Notes: generated by a model not told the origin, from the letters alone. A stretch of 64,000 nucleotides of DNA from an uncultured Acidimicrobiaceae bacterium (GCA_964571765.1 CAZNDH010000001.1:30773-94772); one strand, 5' to 3'; positions 38,887-47,669 are shown, numbered from the stretch's first letter. Numbers and translations are program-made.

Positions 38887-40217
38887 AGTCCCTCCTCGGC
38901 CAGGACGAGGGCGGCGGCCATGGCGGCTCCCTTGGAGAGGACCTCGTGGTGCTCCCGCTCCGGGCTGGAGTCGGCCACGATGCCGGCGCCCGCCTGATAG
39001 GTGTAGCTGTCTCCCTCGAAGACGATGGTGCGGATGGTGATGGCATGGTCCATCGAGCCTTCACGCCCGAAGTACCCCACGGTGCCCGAGTAGAGACCCC
39101 GGGGAGCCGGCTCGAGCTGGTCGATGAGCTCGATGGCAGCCAGCTTGGGGGCGCCGACCACTGTGCCCGCAGGGAAGGTGGCGGCGAACAGGTCGAAGGC
39201 GTCGAGCCCGGGACGAATGTGGCCGTTGACCCCGCTCACCATGTGCATCACATGGCTGTATCGCTCGATGCTCCGATACGGGTCTACCTTGACCGAGCCG
39301 GCCACCGCTACCCGGCCCAGGTCGTTACGGGCCAGATCGACCAGCATGACGTGCTCGGCGGCCTCCTTGGGGTCGGCGAGCAGCTCCTCTTCCAGACGGT
39401 GATCCTCCTCGGTGTCGGCGCCCCGGGGCCGGGTGCCGGCGATCGGCCACAGTTGGGCTTCATCCCCGTTCAACCGGACCAGGGCCTCCGGCGAGGAACC
39501 GACCATTTGTTGCTCCCCGAAGTCGAGGAAGTACATGTACGGAGACGGATTGAGGAGGCGTAGGGCCCGGTACACCTGGAAGGGGTGGAGGTCGTGACGA
39601 CCGGAGAAGCCGATGGAGAGCACCAGCTGGTAGACGTCACCGGCGGCGATACTCCCCCGTGCCAGCTCCACCTTGGCAAGGAAGTCCGGCCGGCTGATGG
39701 TGGGCTGGGGAGGTTGATGGGATCCCGCTGCAGGCCCGGGGGGCAAAGGCCCGGCGAGGAGGGAGACCACCTCACCACGCAGTGCCGGTCGCGATCTCTC
39801 GTCACCATGGAGCAGGGCAATGCGTCTGGTGAGATGGTCGAACACCAGGACCGAACCGGCCGCCATGTAGGAGGCGACCGGCCGGTCCACCACACGGGGA
39901 GACGGGAGCCGATGGAATGAGCGCACCAGGTCGAACCCGGCCACACCCACCAGCCCACCGGAGAATCGCCCGGTTCCCAGGGACGGGTGAAGGGTCGGCA
40001 CCGCGACGAGCCCCTCGCGGAGTCGGGAAAGCACCGCCTCGGTGGGACCGGCCTCCAGGTCGAGGCGGGTCGTATCCCCAAAGCCGATGAACGAGTACCT
40101 CCCCAGGTTGCCTCCCTCCACCGACTCCAACAGGTACCGGGGACCGAGCGGGGCCAGCTTGAGGTAGGCCGACACCGGTGTATGCAGGTCGGCTGCTATG
40201 TCGAATGGTGGGTGCAT
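38883..40217 (-). CDS. trpE: anthranilate synthase component I
   Basis: TPVSAY, LLES, NPSPYM, EHVMLVDLARND, FPAGTVVGAPK. Confidence 0.94.
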   Translation of the reverse strand: MHPPFDIAADLHTPVSAYLKLAPLGPRYLLESVEGGNLGRYSFIGFGDTTRLDLEAGPTEAVLSRLREGLVAVPTLHPSLGTGRFSGGLVGVAGFDLVRSFHRLPSPRVVDRPVASYMAAGSVLVFDHLTRRIALLHGDERSRPALRGEVVSLLAGPLPPGPAAGSHQPPQPTISRPDFLAKVELARGSIAAGDVYQLVLSIGFSGRHDLHPFQVYRALRLLNPSPYMYFLDFGEQQMVGSSPEALVRLNGDEAQLWPIAGTRPRGADTEEDHRLEEELLADPKEAAEHVMLVDLARNDLGRVAVAGSVKVDPYRSIERYSHVMHMVSGVNGHIRPGLDAFDLFAATFPAGTVVGAPKLAAIELIDQLEPAPRGLYSGTVGYFGREGSMDHAITIRTIVFEGDSYTYQAGAGIVADSSPEREHHEVLSKGAAMAAALVLAEEGL

Positions 40218-40257
40218 CGCTCCCGTTCGGTCCGGGGATCGGGAGATGTGCCCTTCC

Positions 40258-40292
40258 AAGAAGAAACCCACCTCACGATCCGAGGTGGGCTT
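40258..40292 (-). terminator. trp attenuator terminator (3:4 hairpin)
   Basis: Minus strand AAGCCCACCTC-GGATCGT-GAGGTGGGTTT followed by CTTCTT. Confidence 0.85.
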
Positions 40293-40320
40293 GGTTCAGA
40301 CGAACTGCTGGGCACCACCT

Positions 40321-40368
40321 CTAGGAGGTGTGCCACCAGCCGGTTGCCAGGTGCAGACTCTGACTCAT
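40321..40368 (-). CDS. trpL: trp operon leader peptide MSQSLHLATGWWHTS
   Basis: Tandem TGG TGG, GWWxTS end like known TrpL peptides, overlaps attenuator segment 1. Confidence 0.9.
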   Translation of the reverse strand: MSQSLHLATGWWHTS

Positions 40369-40376
40369 TGCCGGGG

Positions 40377-40405
40377 AATGTAAGCCGACGGGGCGTGATC
40401 GTCAA
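40377..40405 (-). promoter_or_regulatory. sigma70-type promoter of trpL
   Basis: TTGACG-N17-TACATT, 8 nt before the trpL ATG. Confidence 0.75.
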
Positions 40406-40423
40406 GACCAACCATCAACTGTC

Positions 40424-40452
40424 TTGCCGGGTAGCTACCCGGTTGCTAGCTT
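40424..40452 (+). promoter_or_regulatory. sigma70-type promoter of hisL
   Basis: TTGCCG-N17-TAGCTT with extended TG; contains the 16-bp palindrome CCGGGTAGCTACCCGG. Confidence 0.65.
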
Positions 40453-40461
40453 GATCGCCCC

Positions 40462-40518
40462 ATGAACTGTTCGTTCGCCCATGCCGGCCACCATCACCAC
40501 CCGCTCCGGGTCGGTTGA
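40462..40518 (+). CDS. hisL: his operon leader peptide MNCSFAHAGHHHHPLRVG
   Basis: 5 His codons, 4 of them consecutive, upstream of a terminator and hisG. Confidence 0.88.
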   Translation: MNCSFAHAGHHHHPLRVG

Positions 40519-40580
40519 CAGTGCCCAGCTGAGCTAACGCACACTCCGTCAGCCGACCCAGGTGGTCGGCTTTCTCATTG
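40508..40580 (+). terminator. his attenuator (antiterminator and terminator)
   Basis: Terminator AGCCGACC-CAGGT-GGTCGGCT followed by TTCTCATT; competing 12-bp pairing GGGTCGGTTGAC (40508-40519) with GTCAGCCGACCC (40548-40559). Confidence 0.85.
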
Positions 40581-40620
40581 TTGGGGCCGCCCACCCCGGG
40601 TCCTGAGACCAAGGCCCACA

Positions 40621-41499
40621 ATGACATCACTCACCGAAAACACCGACATCCTCCACCTCGCGGTGCCCAAGGGCCGGATCGAGTCGGGAGTGGTCGACCT
40701 GCTCGCCGCGGCGGGCATACGGCTCCGCTCCGGTCCGCGCGGCTATCGGCCGATCAGCTCGGCCCCGGGTCTGGAAGTGAAGCTGCTCAAGCCCCAGAAC
40801 ATCGTGGAGATGCTCGCCGTCGGCTCCCGCGACGTCGGGTTCGCCGGAGCCGACTGGGTGGCGGAGAAGACGGCGGACGTGGTCGAACTGCTCGACACCG
40901 GTCTCGACCCGGTCCGGGTGGTGGCCGCCGCCCCAGAGGGCCTGCTCGACGGGGGGTCACTCCCCCCACGGCGGCTGGTGGTGGCCTCCGAGCTGGAGAG
41001 GCTGTCTCGATCGTGGGTATCCGACCGCGGGCTGGACGCCACCTTCGTCCGCAGCTACGGGGCCACCGAGGTCTTCCCTCCCGAGGACGCCGACATCATC
41101 GTCGACATCATGGATACCGGGGAGACCCTGTCGGCCAACGGCTTGGTAGTGGTCGATGAGCTGATGACCTCCTCCACCCGGCTGTACGCCAGCCGCAAGG
41201 CGATCGAAGACCCGAGGAAGAAGGCGGCGATCGACGGGCTCGCCCTGAGCCTCCGATCCGTGCTCGAGGCCCGAGGGAGGGCGATGGTCGAGCTCAATGT
41301 GTCCGCTGACGACCTCGAGGGCGTCATCGAGATCCTCCCCTCTATGCGGGAGCCTACGATCGCCACCCTCCACGGCGGCTCCGGCCTGGCCGTCAAGGCG
41401 GCGGTCCCCCGTGCCGAGCTGCCTTCGCTGATCCCCCGGCTGAAGGAGAGGGGCGCCACCGATATCGCCGTCTCACGCTTGGAGCAGATCGTCCCATGA
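40621..41499 (+). CDS. hisG: ATP phosphoribosyltransferase, long form
   Basis: LAVPKGR, GATE, DIIVD..DTGETL..NGL, C-terminal regulatory domain. Confidence 0.94.
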   Translation: MTSLTENTDILHLAVPKGRIESGVVDLLAAAGIRLRSGPRGYRPISSAPGLEVKLLKPQNIVEMLAVGSRDVGFAGADWVAEKTADVVELLDTGLDPVRVVAAAPEGLLDGGSLPPRRLVVASELERLSRSWVSDRGLDATFVRSYGATEVFPPEDADIIVDIMDTGETLSANGLVVVDELMTSSTRLYASRKAIEDPRKKAAIDGLALSLRSVLEARGRAMVELNVSADDLEGVIEILPSMREPTIATLHGGSGLAVKAAVPRAELPSLIPRLKERGATDIAVSRLEQIVP

Positions 41500-43169
41500 G
41501 CCGACCCGACACGTATCGGCCTCCGGTCTTCACCGCGCCCATCGACCTCGACCTGTCACGCAACGAAGGGAGGCCGGGGCCGGCGGCGCGATCCGCCCTG
41601 GCCGGGGACCTCGAGGGCAGAGTGGGTCGCTACCCGGACACCACCAAGCTGCGTGAGGGATTGGCGGCCCGCTTCAGCGTCGACGAAAGCCGGGTGCTTG
41701 TGACCGCCGGTGGTGACGACGCCCTCTTCCGCTGCTTCCTCTCCCGACGGGGCGGGGCGGTGGTATCCACCAGCCCCACCTTCGAGATGATCCCCCGCTA
41801 CGCCGCCCAAACCCGCATGACCCTCGGCGAGGTCGAGTGGTGGGAGGGCCAACTCCCGGTGGAGGACCTCATCGCCGCCGGTGGCCCCGACGACATGGTG
41901 GTGATCGTCTCGCCCAACAACCCGACTGGGGCGGTGATCACCTCCGACGACCTGGCCAGGCTCGCCAAGCGGTTCGCCCTGGTGGTGTGGGACGCCGCCT
42001 ACTCCGAGTTCGCCGACGAGGACCTGACGCCCGCCGCCCTGGACCTGGGCAACCTGGTCATGGTGCGAACCATGTCGAAGGCCTACGGCCTCGCCGGTCT
42101 CCGGGTGGGCTGCCTGGTGGGGAGCGCAGCGAACATCGAGGCGATCGGGTCGTACGGGAACCCCTATCCTCTTTCGGCGGTATCCGCGGAAGTGGCGAGG
42201 CGGGCCCTCGACGACCCCGGGCCGACGGCGCGGTTCGTCGACCGGGTCCGGGTCGAGCGCGCCGAGTTGACCGGTCTCCTCCCCGGGCTGGGTGCCCGTC
42301 CCCTTGCCTCCCAGGCCAACTTCGTGCTCGCTCGGTTCCCCGACGCCGACTGGGTCACCGCGGTGGCAGCCTCCTTGGGTGTCGGCCTTAGGACATTCCC
42401 GAGGAGGGCCGGCCTGGATGACTGTGTCCGTATCACCCTTCCGGGGGACGAGACCGACTTTCGCCGGCTGGTCACCACCCTGGCTGTAGCCACCCGGCCC
42501 GAGGCGGTCATCTTCGACCTCGACGGGGTCCTCGCCGACGTCTCCGGCTCCTATCGGGCAGCGATCATCGAGACCGCGGCCAGCTTCGGGGTCGAGGTCA
42601 CCCCGGCGATGATCGGCGAGGCCAAAGCGGAGGGGAACGCCAACGACGACTGGGACCTCACCCGCCGGCTGTGTCGGGCCGCCGGGGCCGACGTGCCTCT
42701 GCAGATGGTCAAGGACCGGTTCGAGCAGGTCTACCAGGGCAACGAATCGGCTCCGGGTCTCAAGGATCGCGAGCGACTCCTCGTCGACCGTAATCACCTG
42801 GCGGCTCTGGCGAGCCGCCTTCCCCTGGCTGTGGTGACCGGAAGGCCCCGCGCCGACGCCGACACCTTCCTCGATCGCTTCGGCCTGGACAACCTGCTCG
42901 GTGTGGTGATCACCCGGGAAGATGCTCCGATGAAGCCCGACCCGGGCCCGGTGACCACCGCGCTGGCCGCGCTCGGTGTCGATCGAGCGTGGATGCTTGG
43001 TGACACCCGTGACGACCTGGAGGCGGCCCGGGCCGCCGGTGTGGTGCCGATCGGGGTGATCGCCCCGGGGGACGATCCGGCTCAGGCCCGGGCCACCCTG
43101 GCGACGGCGGCTGCGGTGCTCGACAACGCCGGGGAGATCATGGAGGTGCTCGATGCCCAGGAAGTCTGA
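41496..43169 (+). CDS. hisC: histidinol-phosphate aminotransferase fused to a HAD phosphatase (putative histidinol-phosphatase)
   Basis: SPNNPTG, DAAY, RTMSKAYGLAGLRVG; then FDLDGVLADVS, VVTGRP, KPDP, LGDTRDD. Confidence 0.9.
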   Translation: MSRPDTYRPPVFTAPIDLDLSRNEGRPGPAARSALAGDLEGRVGRYPDTTKLREGLAARFSVDESRVLVTAGGDDALFRCFLSRRGGAVVSTSPTFEMIPRYAAQTRMTLGEVEWWEGQLPVEDLIAAGGPDDMVVIVSPNNPTGAVITSDDLARLAKRFALVVWDAAYSEFADEDLTPAALDLGNLVMVRTMSKAYGLAGLRVGCLVGSAANIEAIGSYGNPYPLSAVSAEVARRALDDPGPTARFVDRVRVERAELTGLLPGLGARPLASQANFVLARFPDADWVTAVAASLGVGLRTFPRRAGLDDCVRITLPGDETDFRRLVTTLAVATRPEAVIFDLDGVLADVSGSYRAAIIETAASFGVEVTPAMIGEAKAEGNANDDWDLTRRLCRAAGADVPLQMVKDRFEQVYQGNESAPGLKDRERLLVDRNHLAALASRLPLAVVTGRPRADADTFLDRFGLDNLLGVVITREDAPMKPDPGPVTTALAALGVDRAWMLGDTRDDLEAARAAGVVPIGVIAPGDDPAQARATLATAAAVLDNAGEIMEVLDAQEV

Positions 43170-43737
43170 GATCGCCCGGGAGACCGGCGAGACCAGCGTG
43201 GAGGTTGCCCTGGACCTCGATGGCGAGGGCAGGAGCGAAGTGGCCACCGGGATCGGATTCCTCGACCACATGATCTCCTCCCTAGCCCGCCACTCCCGAA
43301 TCGACATCAGGCTCATGGCTCAGGGAGACCTGGTGGTCGATGACCACCACACCGCCGAGGACTGTGCCATCACCCTGGGGCGTGCCCTCGACCAGGCGCT
43401 GGGCGATCGATCGGGGATCCACCGCTTCGGCTACGCCTACGCACCCCTCGACGAGGCAATGTGCCGAGCCGTGATCGACTTGTCGGGGCGCCCATGGCCC
43501 GAGATCCACATCGACTTTCGTCGAGAAACGGTAGGCGAGTTGGCCACCGAGAACCTGGTCCACTTTCTGCGCAGCCTCGCTGTCGAGGGCCGTCTGGCCC
43601 TCCATGTCGACCTGATCCGGGGAGACAACGACCACCATAAGGCAGAGGCCGCCTTCAAGGCAGTAGCCCAGGCGCTGCGTCAAGCCGTCGCCCTCGACGG
43701 TGACGGAATCCCCAGCACGAAGGGATCCCTGGGATGA
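43153..43737 (+). CDS. hisB: imidazoleglycerol-phosphate dehydratase
   Basis: RETGET, GFLDHM, DDHHTAED, NDHHKAEA. Confidence 0.95.
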   Translation: MPRKSEIARETGETSVEVALDLDGEGRSEVATGIGFLDHMISSLARHSRIDIRLMAQGDLVVDDHHTAEDCAITLGRALDQALGDRSGIHRFGYAYAPLDEAMCRAVIDLSGRPWPEIHIDFRRETVGELATENLVHFLRSLAVEGRLALHVDLIRGDNDHHKAEAAFKAVAQALRQAVALDGDGIPSTKGSLG

Positions 43738-44339
43738 GCTCTCCTCTCGCCCTGGTACCCACCGGCACAGCAAACACCGCGTCGGTGGTGGCCGCCTTCG
43801 GCCGGCTGGGTATCGACGCGGATGTGACCGGCGATCCCCAGATGATCGGGTCGGCGCAACGAGTGGTGCTCCCCGGTGTGGGCAGCTTCGGCGCCGCCGG
43901 TGACACCCTGGCCAAGGCGGGGCTGATCGCTGCATTGAGACAGAGGGTCGACGAGGGCCGGGCAACCCTGGCGGTCTGTGTGGGCATGCAGCTCCTCGCC
44001 GAGGAGAGCGAGGAGAGCCCCGGGGCCCCCGGCCTCGGGGTGGTCCCAGCCAGGATCACCAGGTTCTCCGGGCCGGTGAGGGTGCCTCAGCTGGGGTGGA
44101 ACCGGGTGCAGTCATCGCCGGCCTCCCGCCTTGTCCGCCCAGGTTGGGCTTACTTCGCCAACTCCTACCGGCTCGAGGAGCCACCCCCAGGCTGGGAGAG
44201 CGCGATCTGTGACCACGGGGGACCATTCGTCGCTGCCATGGAGCGGGGTGGAGTGCTCGCCTGCCAGTTCCATCCCGAGCTGTCGGGACAATGGGGACTC
44301 GACCTACTAGGTCGGTGGCTCGAGGGAGGTGGCTGGTGA
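43734..44339 (+). CDS. hisH: imidazole glycerol phosphate synthase, glutaminase subunit
   Basis: LPGVGSF, VCVGMQ, PQLGWN, QFHPE. Confidence 0.93.
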   Translation: MSSPLALVPTGTANTASVVAAFGRLGIDADVTGDPQMIGSAQRVVLPGVGSFGAAGDTLAKAGLIAALRQRVDEGRATLAVCVGMQLLAEESEESPGAPGLGVVPARITRFSGPVRVPQLGWNRVQSSPASRLVRPGWAYFANSYRLEEPPPGWESAICDHGGPFVAAMERGGVLACQFHPELSGQWGLDLLGRWLEGGGW

Positions 44340-45091
44340 GCCTGGCGGTCCGGGTGGTGCCCTGTCTCGACATCGACCGGGGAAGGGTGGTCAAGGGGGT
44401 CCGTTTCGCCGGGCTCCGCGACGCCGGCGACCCGGTGGCCTGCGCCACTGCCTACCAGGAGCAAGGAGCCGACGAGGTGGTCCTCCTCGACGTGTCGGCC
44501 ACTCCAGAAGCCCGGGACCACAATCTGGTAACGGTGGAGGAAGTGCGCCAGTCGCTGGCGATCCCGCTCACCGTGGGTGGAGGTGTTCGCTCGGTCGAAG
44601 ACGCTTCCCGCCTGCTCGAGGCCGGCGCCGACAAGGTCGGCGTCAACACCGCGGCGGTGGCCGATCCCGGGCTGATCACCGAGCTCGCCCTGATATTCGG
44701 CGCCCAGTGCACCGTCCTCGCCGTCGACGCTGCAGCCAGTGATGGAGGCTGGAAGGTGGTAGTGAGGAGCGGCTCGGTACACACCGGGCTCGACGTGGTC
44801 GACTGGTGCCGCCGGGGGGAGGCCCTGGGGGCAGGGGAGATCCTCCTCACCAGCTGGGACCGCGACGGGACAGGGGAGGGATACGACCTCTCTCTCCTCG
44901 AGAAGGTCTGTGGGGCTGTTGGCCTTCCGGTGATCGCCTCCGGTGGCGCCAGAGGCTGGCCTCACATGGTCGACGCGGTGGCCGCCGGGGCCTCGGCGGT
45001 CCTGGTTGCCTCGATCCTCCACGACGGGGAGACCACGGTCAGCGCCCTGAAAGAGGGTCTGGCCTCGGCTGGAGTGGCGGTCCGGCCATGA
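44336..45091 (+). CDS. hisF: imidazole glycerol phosphate synthase, cyclase subunit
   Basis: PCLD, VVKG, GAGEILLTSWDRDGT; GTGA overlap with hisH. Confidence 0.95.
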   Translation: MSLAVRVVPCLDIDRGRVVKGVRFAGLRDAGDPVACATAYQEQGADEVVLLDVSATPEARDHNLVTVEEVRQSLAIPLTVGGGVRSVEDASRLLEAGADKVGVNTAAVADPGLITELALIFGAQCTVLAVDAAASDGGWKVVVRSGSVHTGLDVVDWCRRGEALGAGEILLTSWDRDGTGEGYDLSLLEKVCGAVGLPVIASGGARGWPHMVDAVAAGASAVLVASILHDGETTVSALKEGLASAGVAVRP

Positions 45092-46350
45092 TCGTCCCCT
45101 CGATCGACATAGTCGCCGGCCAGGCTGTTCAGCTGGTGGGAGGGGAGGAGGAGGTGGTGGAGGCCGGTGATCCCCGGCCTCTGATGCAACGCTTCTCCCG
45201 GATGGGCGAGGTGGCCGTGGTGGACATCGACGCCGCCCGTGGCGAGGGGGACAACGGTGAAATGATCGCCGCGCTGTGCGCCATGGGGCGGGTCAGGGTG
45301 GGAGGCGGTGTGAGGAACCTGGACAAGGCACGATGGTGGCTCGACGCCGGCGCCGAGAAGGTGGTCATAGGCACTGCGGCCAGGGCGGGATTCCTCTCCG
45401 AGCTACCGCCGGAACGGGTGGTGGTCGCCCTCGATGCCCGTCGAGGTGAGGTGGTCACCCACGGATGGCGAACCTCGACCGGGTTCGGGCTCCTCGAGTC
45501 GATCACCGAGCTCCGTGGCTCGTGCGGAGGCTTCCTGGTGACTTTCGTGGAACGCGAAGGGCGGCTGGCGGGGACCGACATGGACATGGCGCGTCGAGTG
45601 GTCGAGGCGGCCGGGAAAGCCAGCGTCACCATCGCCGGGGGGGTGACCACCCCGGAAGAAGTCGCCGCCCTCGACGCCATCGGCGCCGATGCCCAGGTGG
45701 GGATGGCCCTCTATACCGGGGCCATGGAGCTGGTCGACGCCTTCGCTGCACCACTGCGCAGCGACCGTGGCGACGGGCTGTGGGCCACGGTGGTCACCGA
45801 CCGGTCGGGTAAGGCCCTGGGGCTCGCTTGGTCCGACCGGGAGAGCCTCGCCGAGGTGATCGACACCGGGCGGGGCGTCTACCACAGCAGGTCAAGGGGC
45901 CTCTGGGTCAAAGGCGAGACCTCGGGCAACACCCAGGACGTGGTGGCGGTGGACATCGATTGTGACCGTGACGCCATCCGGGTCACCGTCGACCAGCAGG
46001 GCCCCGGCTTCTGCCATCGGGGCACCCAGAGCTGCTGGGGTGAGGACCGAGGATTGACCCGGCTGGGCCGGCGTCTCGACGAGATCGTGGCAACGAGACC
46101 CGAGGGGTCCAACACCGCCCTACTGGCGTCCGATGCCGAGCTGCTCGGGGCCAAGCTGGTCGAGGAGGCGGGGGAGCTGGCCGCTGCCCACGACGCCAGG
46201 GAGGTCACCGAGGAGGCGGCCGACCTCCTCTACTTCCTGCTCACCCGTCTAGCAGTCGCCGGGGTCGGCCTGGAGCAGGTGGAGGCAGTGCTCGACGCTC
46301 GGGAGAAGCGGATCACCAGGAGACCGATGCAGACCAGGGGATCCCGGTGA
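45088..46350 (+). CDS. HisA-HisI-HisE fusion
   Basis: MIVPSID..GQAVQL, VGGGVR, VIGTAA (HisA); SRSR.LWVKGETSG, DCDRD, CH..TQSC (HisI); KLVEEAGE, EAADLLY (HisE). Confidence 0.88.
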   Translation: MIVPSIDIVAGQAVQLVGGEEEVVEAGDPRPLMQRFSRMGEVAVVDIDAARGEGDNGEMIAALCAMGRVRVGGGVRNLDKARWWLDAGAEKVVIGTAARAGFLSELPPERVVVALDARRGEVVTHGWRTSTGFGLLESITELRGSCGGFLVTFVEREGRLAGTDMDMARRVVEAAGKASVTIAGGVTTPEEVAALDAIGADAQVGMALYTGAMELVDAFAAPLRSDRGDGLWATVVTDRSGKALGLAWSDRESLAEVIDTGRGVYHSRSRGLWVKGETSGNTQDVVAVDIDCDRDAIRVTVDQQGPGFCHRGTQSCWGEDRGLTRLGRRLDEIVATRPEGSNTALLASDAELLGAKLVEEAGELAAAHDAREVTEEAADLLYFLLTRLAVAGVGLEQVEAVLDAREKRITRRPMQTRGSR

Positions 46351-47600
46351 GTCTGCTCAGGCGGGTGGGCCCGGGCGACCCGGTGCTCGAGGTGCGTCGC
46401 AGACCGGTTGAGCCGGACACCTTGGCCGCGGCTGCCTGCATCGTCGAGGAGGTGCGGGCCGGCGGTGAAGTGGCGCTCCGCAGCCTGGCCAGCCGACTCG
46501 ACGAGCTGGCCGACCATGATCCGCTGGTCATCGGGCGCGACGAGCTCGAGGATGCCTTCCACCGGCTCCCAAGGGGTCAGCGCGACCTTCTCGAGAGGGT
46601 GGCGGCCCGGATAGCCGCTTTCGCCCGTGCCCAACTCACCGGACTCTCCGACCTGGAGACCGAGGTGCCCGGGGGTCGGGCGGGGCACCGGTGGCTCCCG
46701 GTGTCGACGGTGGGCGCCTATGCCCCCGGTGGCCGCAATCCGCTCCCTTCGTCGGTGCTGATGACCGTGGTCCCGGCACGGGTCGCCGGTGTCGACGAGG
46801 TTTGGGTTTCCTCACCTCGTCCCACCCGGGTCAGCCTGGGAGCGGCGTGGGTCGCCGGCGCAGACGGCTTGCTCCCGGTGGGCGGGGCGCATGCCATAGC
46901 CTCTCTGGCCTTCGGAACGGTGACACCGGCGGTCGACCTGGTCGTCGGTCCGGGGAACCAATGGGTGACCGCGGCCAAGAAGCACCTGTTCGGGGAGGTC
47001 GGTATCGATGGGTTGGCCGGCCCCAGCGAGATCGCGGTGCTGGCCGATGGCGAGGCCGACCCCTCCCTGGTCGCCGCAGACCTTCTCGCTCAGGCGGAGC
47101 ACGATCCCGATGCGTTCCCCGTCCTGGTCACCGACAGCGCTCTCCTGGCGGATCAGGTCGAGGTGGAGCTCCGCCGGATGCTCGCCGACCTGCCCACCGC
47201 CAAGGTGGCCACCGCCGCTCTCAGCGGTGGGCTGTCGGTGGTGGTGGGTGACATCAGCGAGATGCTCTCGGTGGTGAACCGCCTCGCTCCCGAGCACGTC
47301 GCCCTCCACACATCCGACCCCGACGTCGTTCTCGAGGGAATCACCTCCTACGGCTCGGTCTTCCTCGGGCCGGGCAGCACCGAGGCCTTCGCCGACTACG
47401 GGGCGGGACCCAACCACGTCCTCCCCACCGGCGGCGGAGCCCGGTTCCAGTCGGGGTTATCGGTGCTCACCTTCCTCCGTTCCCCCACCTGGCTCCGCCT
47501 CGACCGGCCCACCGACCTGGTGGCCGACACCGCCCTGCTCGCCCGGCTCGAAGGGCTCGAAGCCCACGCCCGGGCCGCCGAGGCACGACTCGAGAGCTGA
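46347..47600 (+). CDS. hisD: histidinol dehydrogenase
   Basis: YAPGG, GPGN, AGPSE, QAEHD, APEH, DYGAGPNHVLPT. Confidence 0.95.
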   Translation: MSLLRRVGPGDPVLEVRRRPVEPDTLAAAACIVEEVRAGGEVALRSLASRLDELADHDPLVIGRDELEDAFHRLPRGQRDLLERVAARIAAFARAQLTGLSDLETEVPGGRAGHRWLPVSTVGAYAPGGRNPLPSSVLMTVVPARVAGVDEVWVSSPRPTRVSLGAAWVAGADGLLPVGGAHAIASLAFGTVTPAVDLVVGPGNQWVTAAKKHLFGEVGIDGLAGPSEIAVLADGEADPSLVAADLLAQAEHDPDAFPVLVTDSALLADQVEVELRRMLADLPTAKVATAALSGGLSVVVGDISEMLSVVNRLAPEHVALHTSDPDVVLEGITSYGSVFLGPGSTEAFADYGAGPNHVLPTGGGARFQSGLSVLTFLRSPTWLRLDRPTDLVADTALLARLEGLEAHARAAEARLES

Positions 47601-47669
47601 GCCCACCGACCCGAGTCCGGGGGGCTTTCGGCCCTACCCAGCGACAAGGTGGCGGTCGATGATGACCCC

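Noticed and set aside
47599-47629. Terminator after hisD
   Set aside because: The stem is imperfect and the U-tail short; plausible but too weak to call
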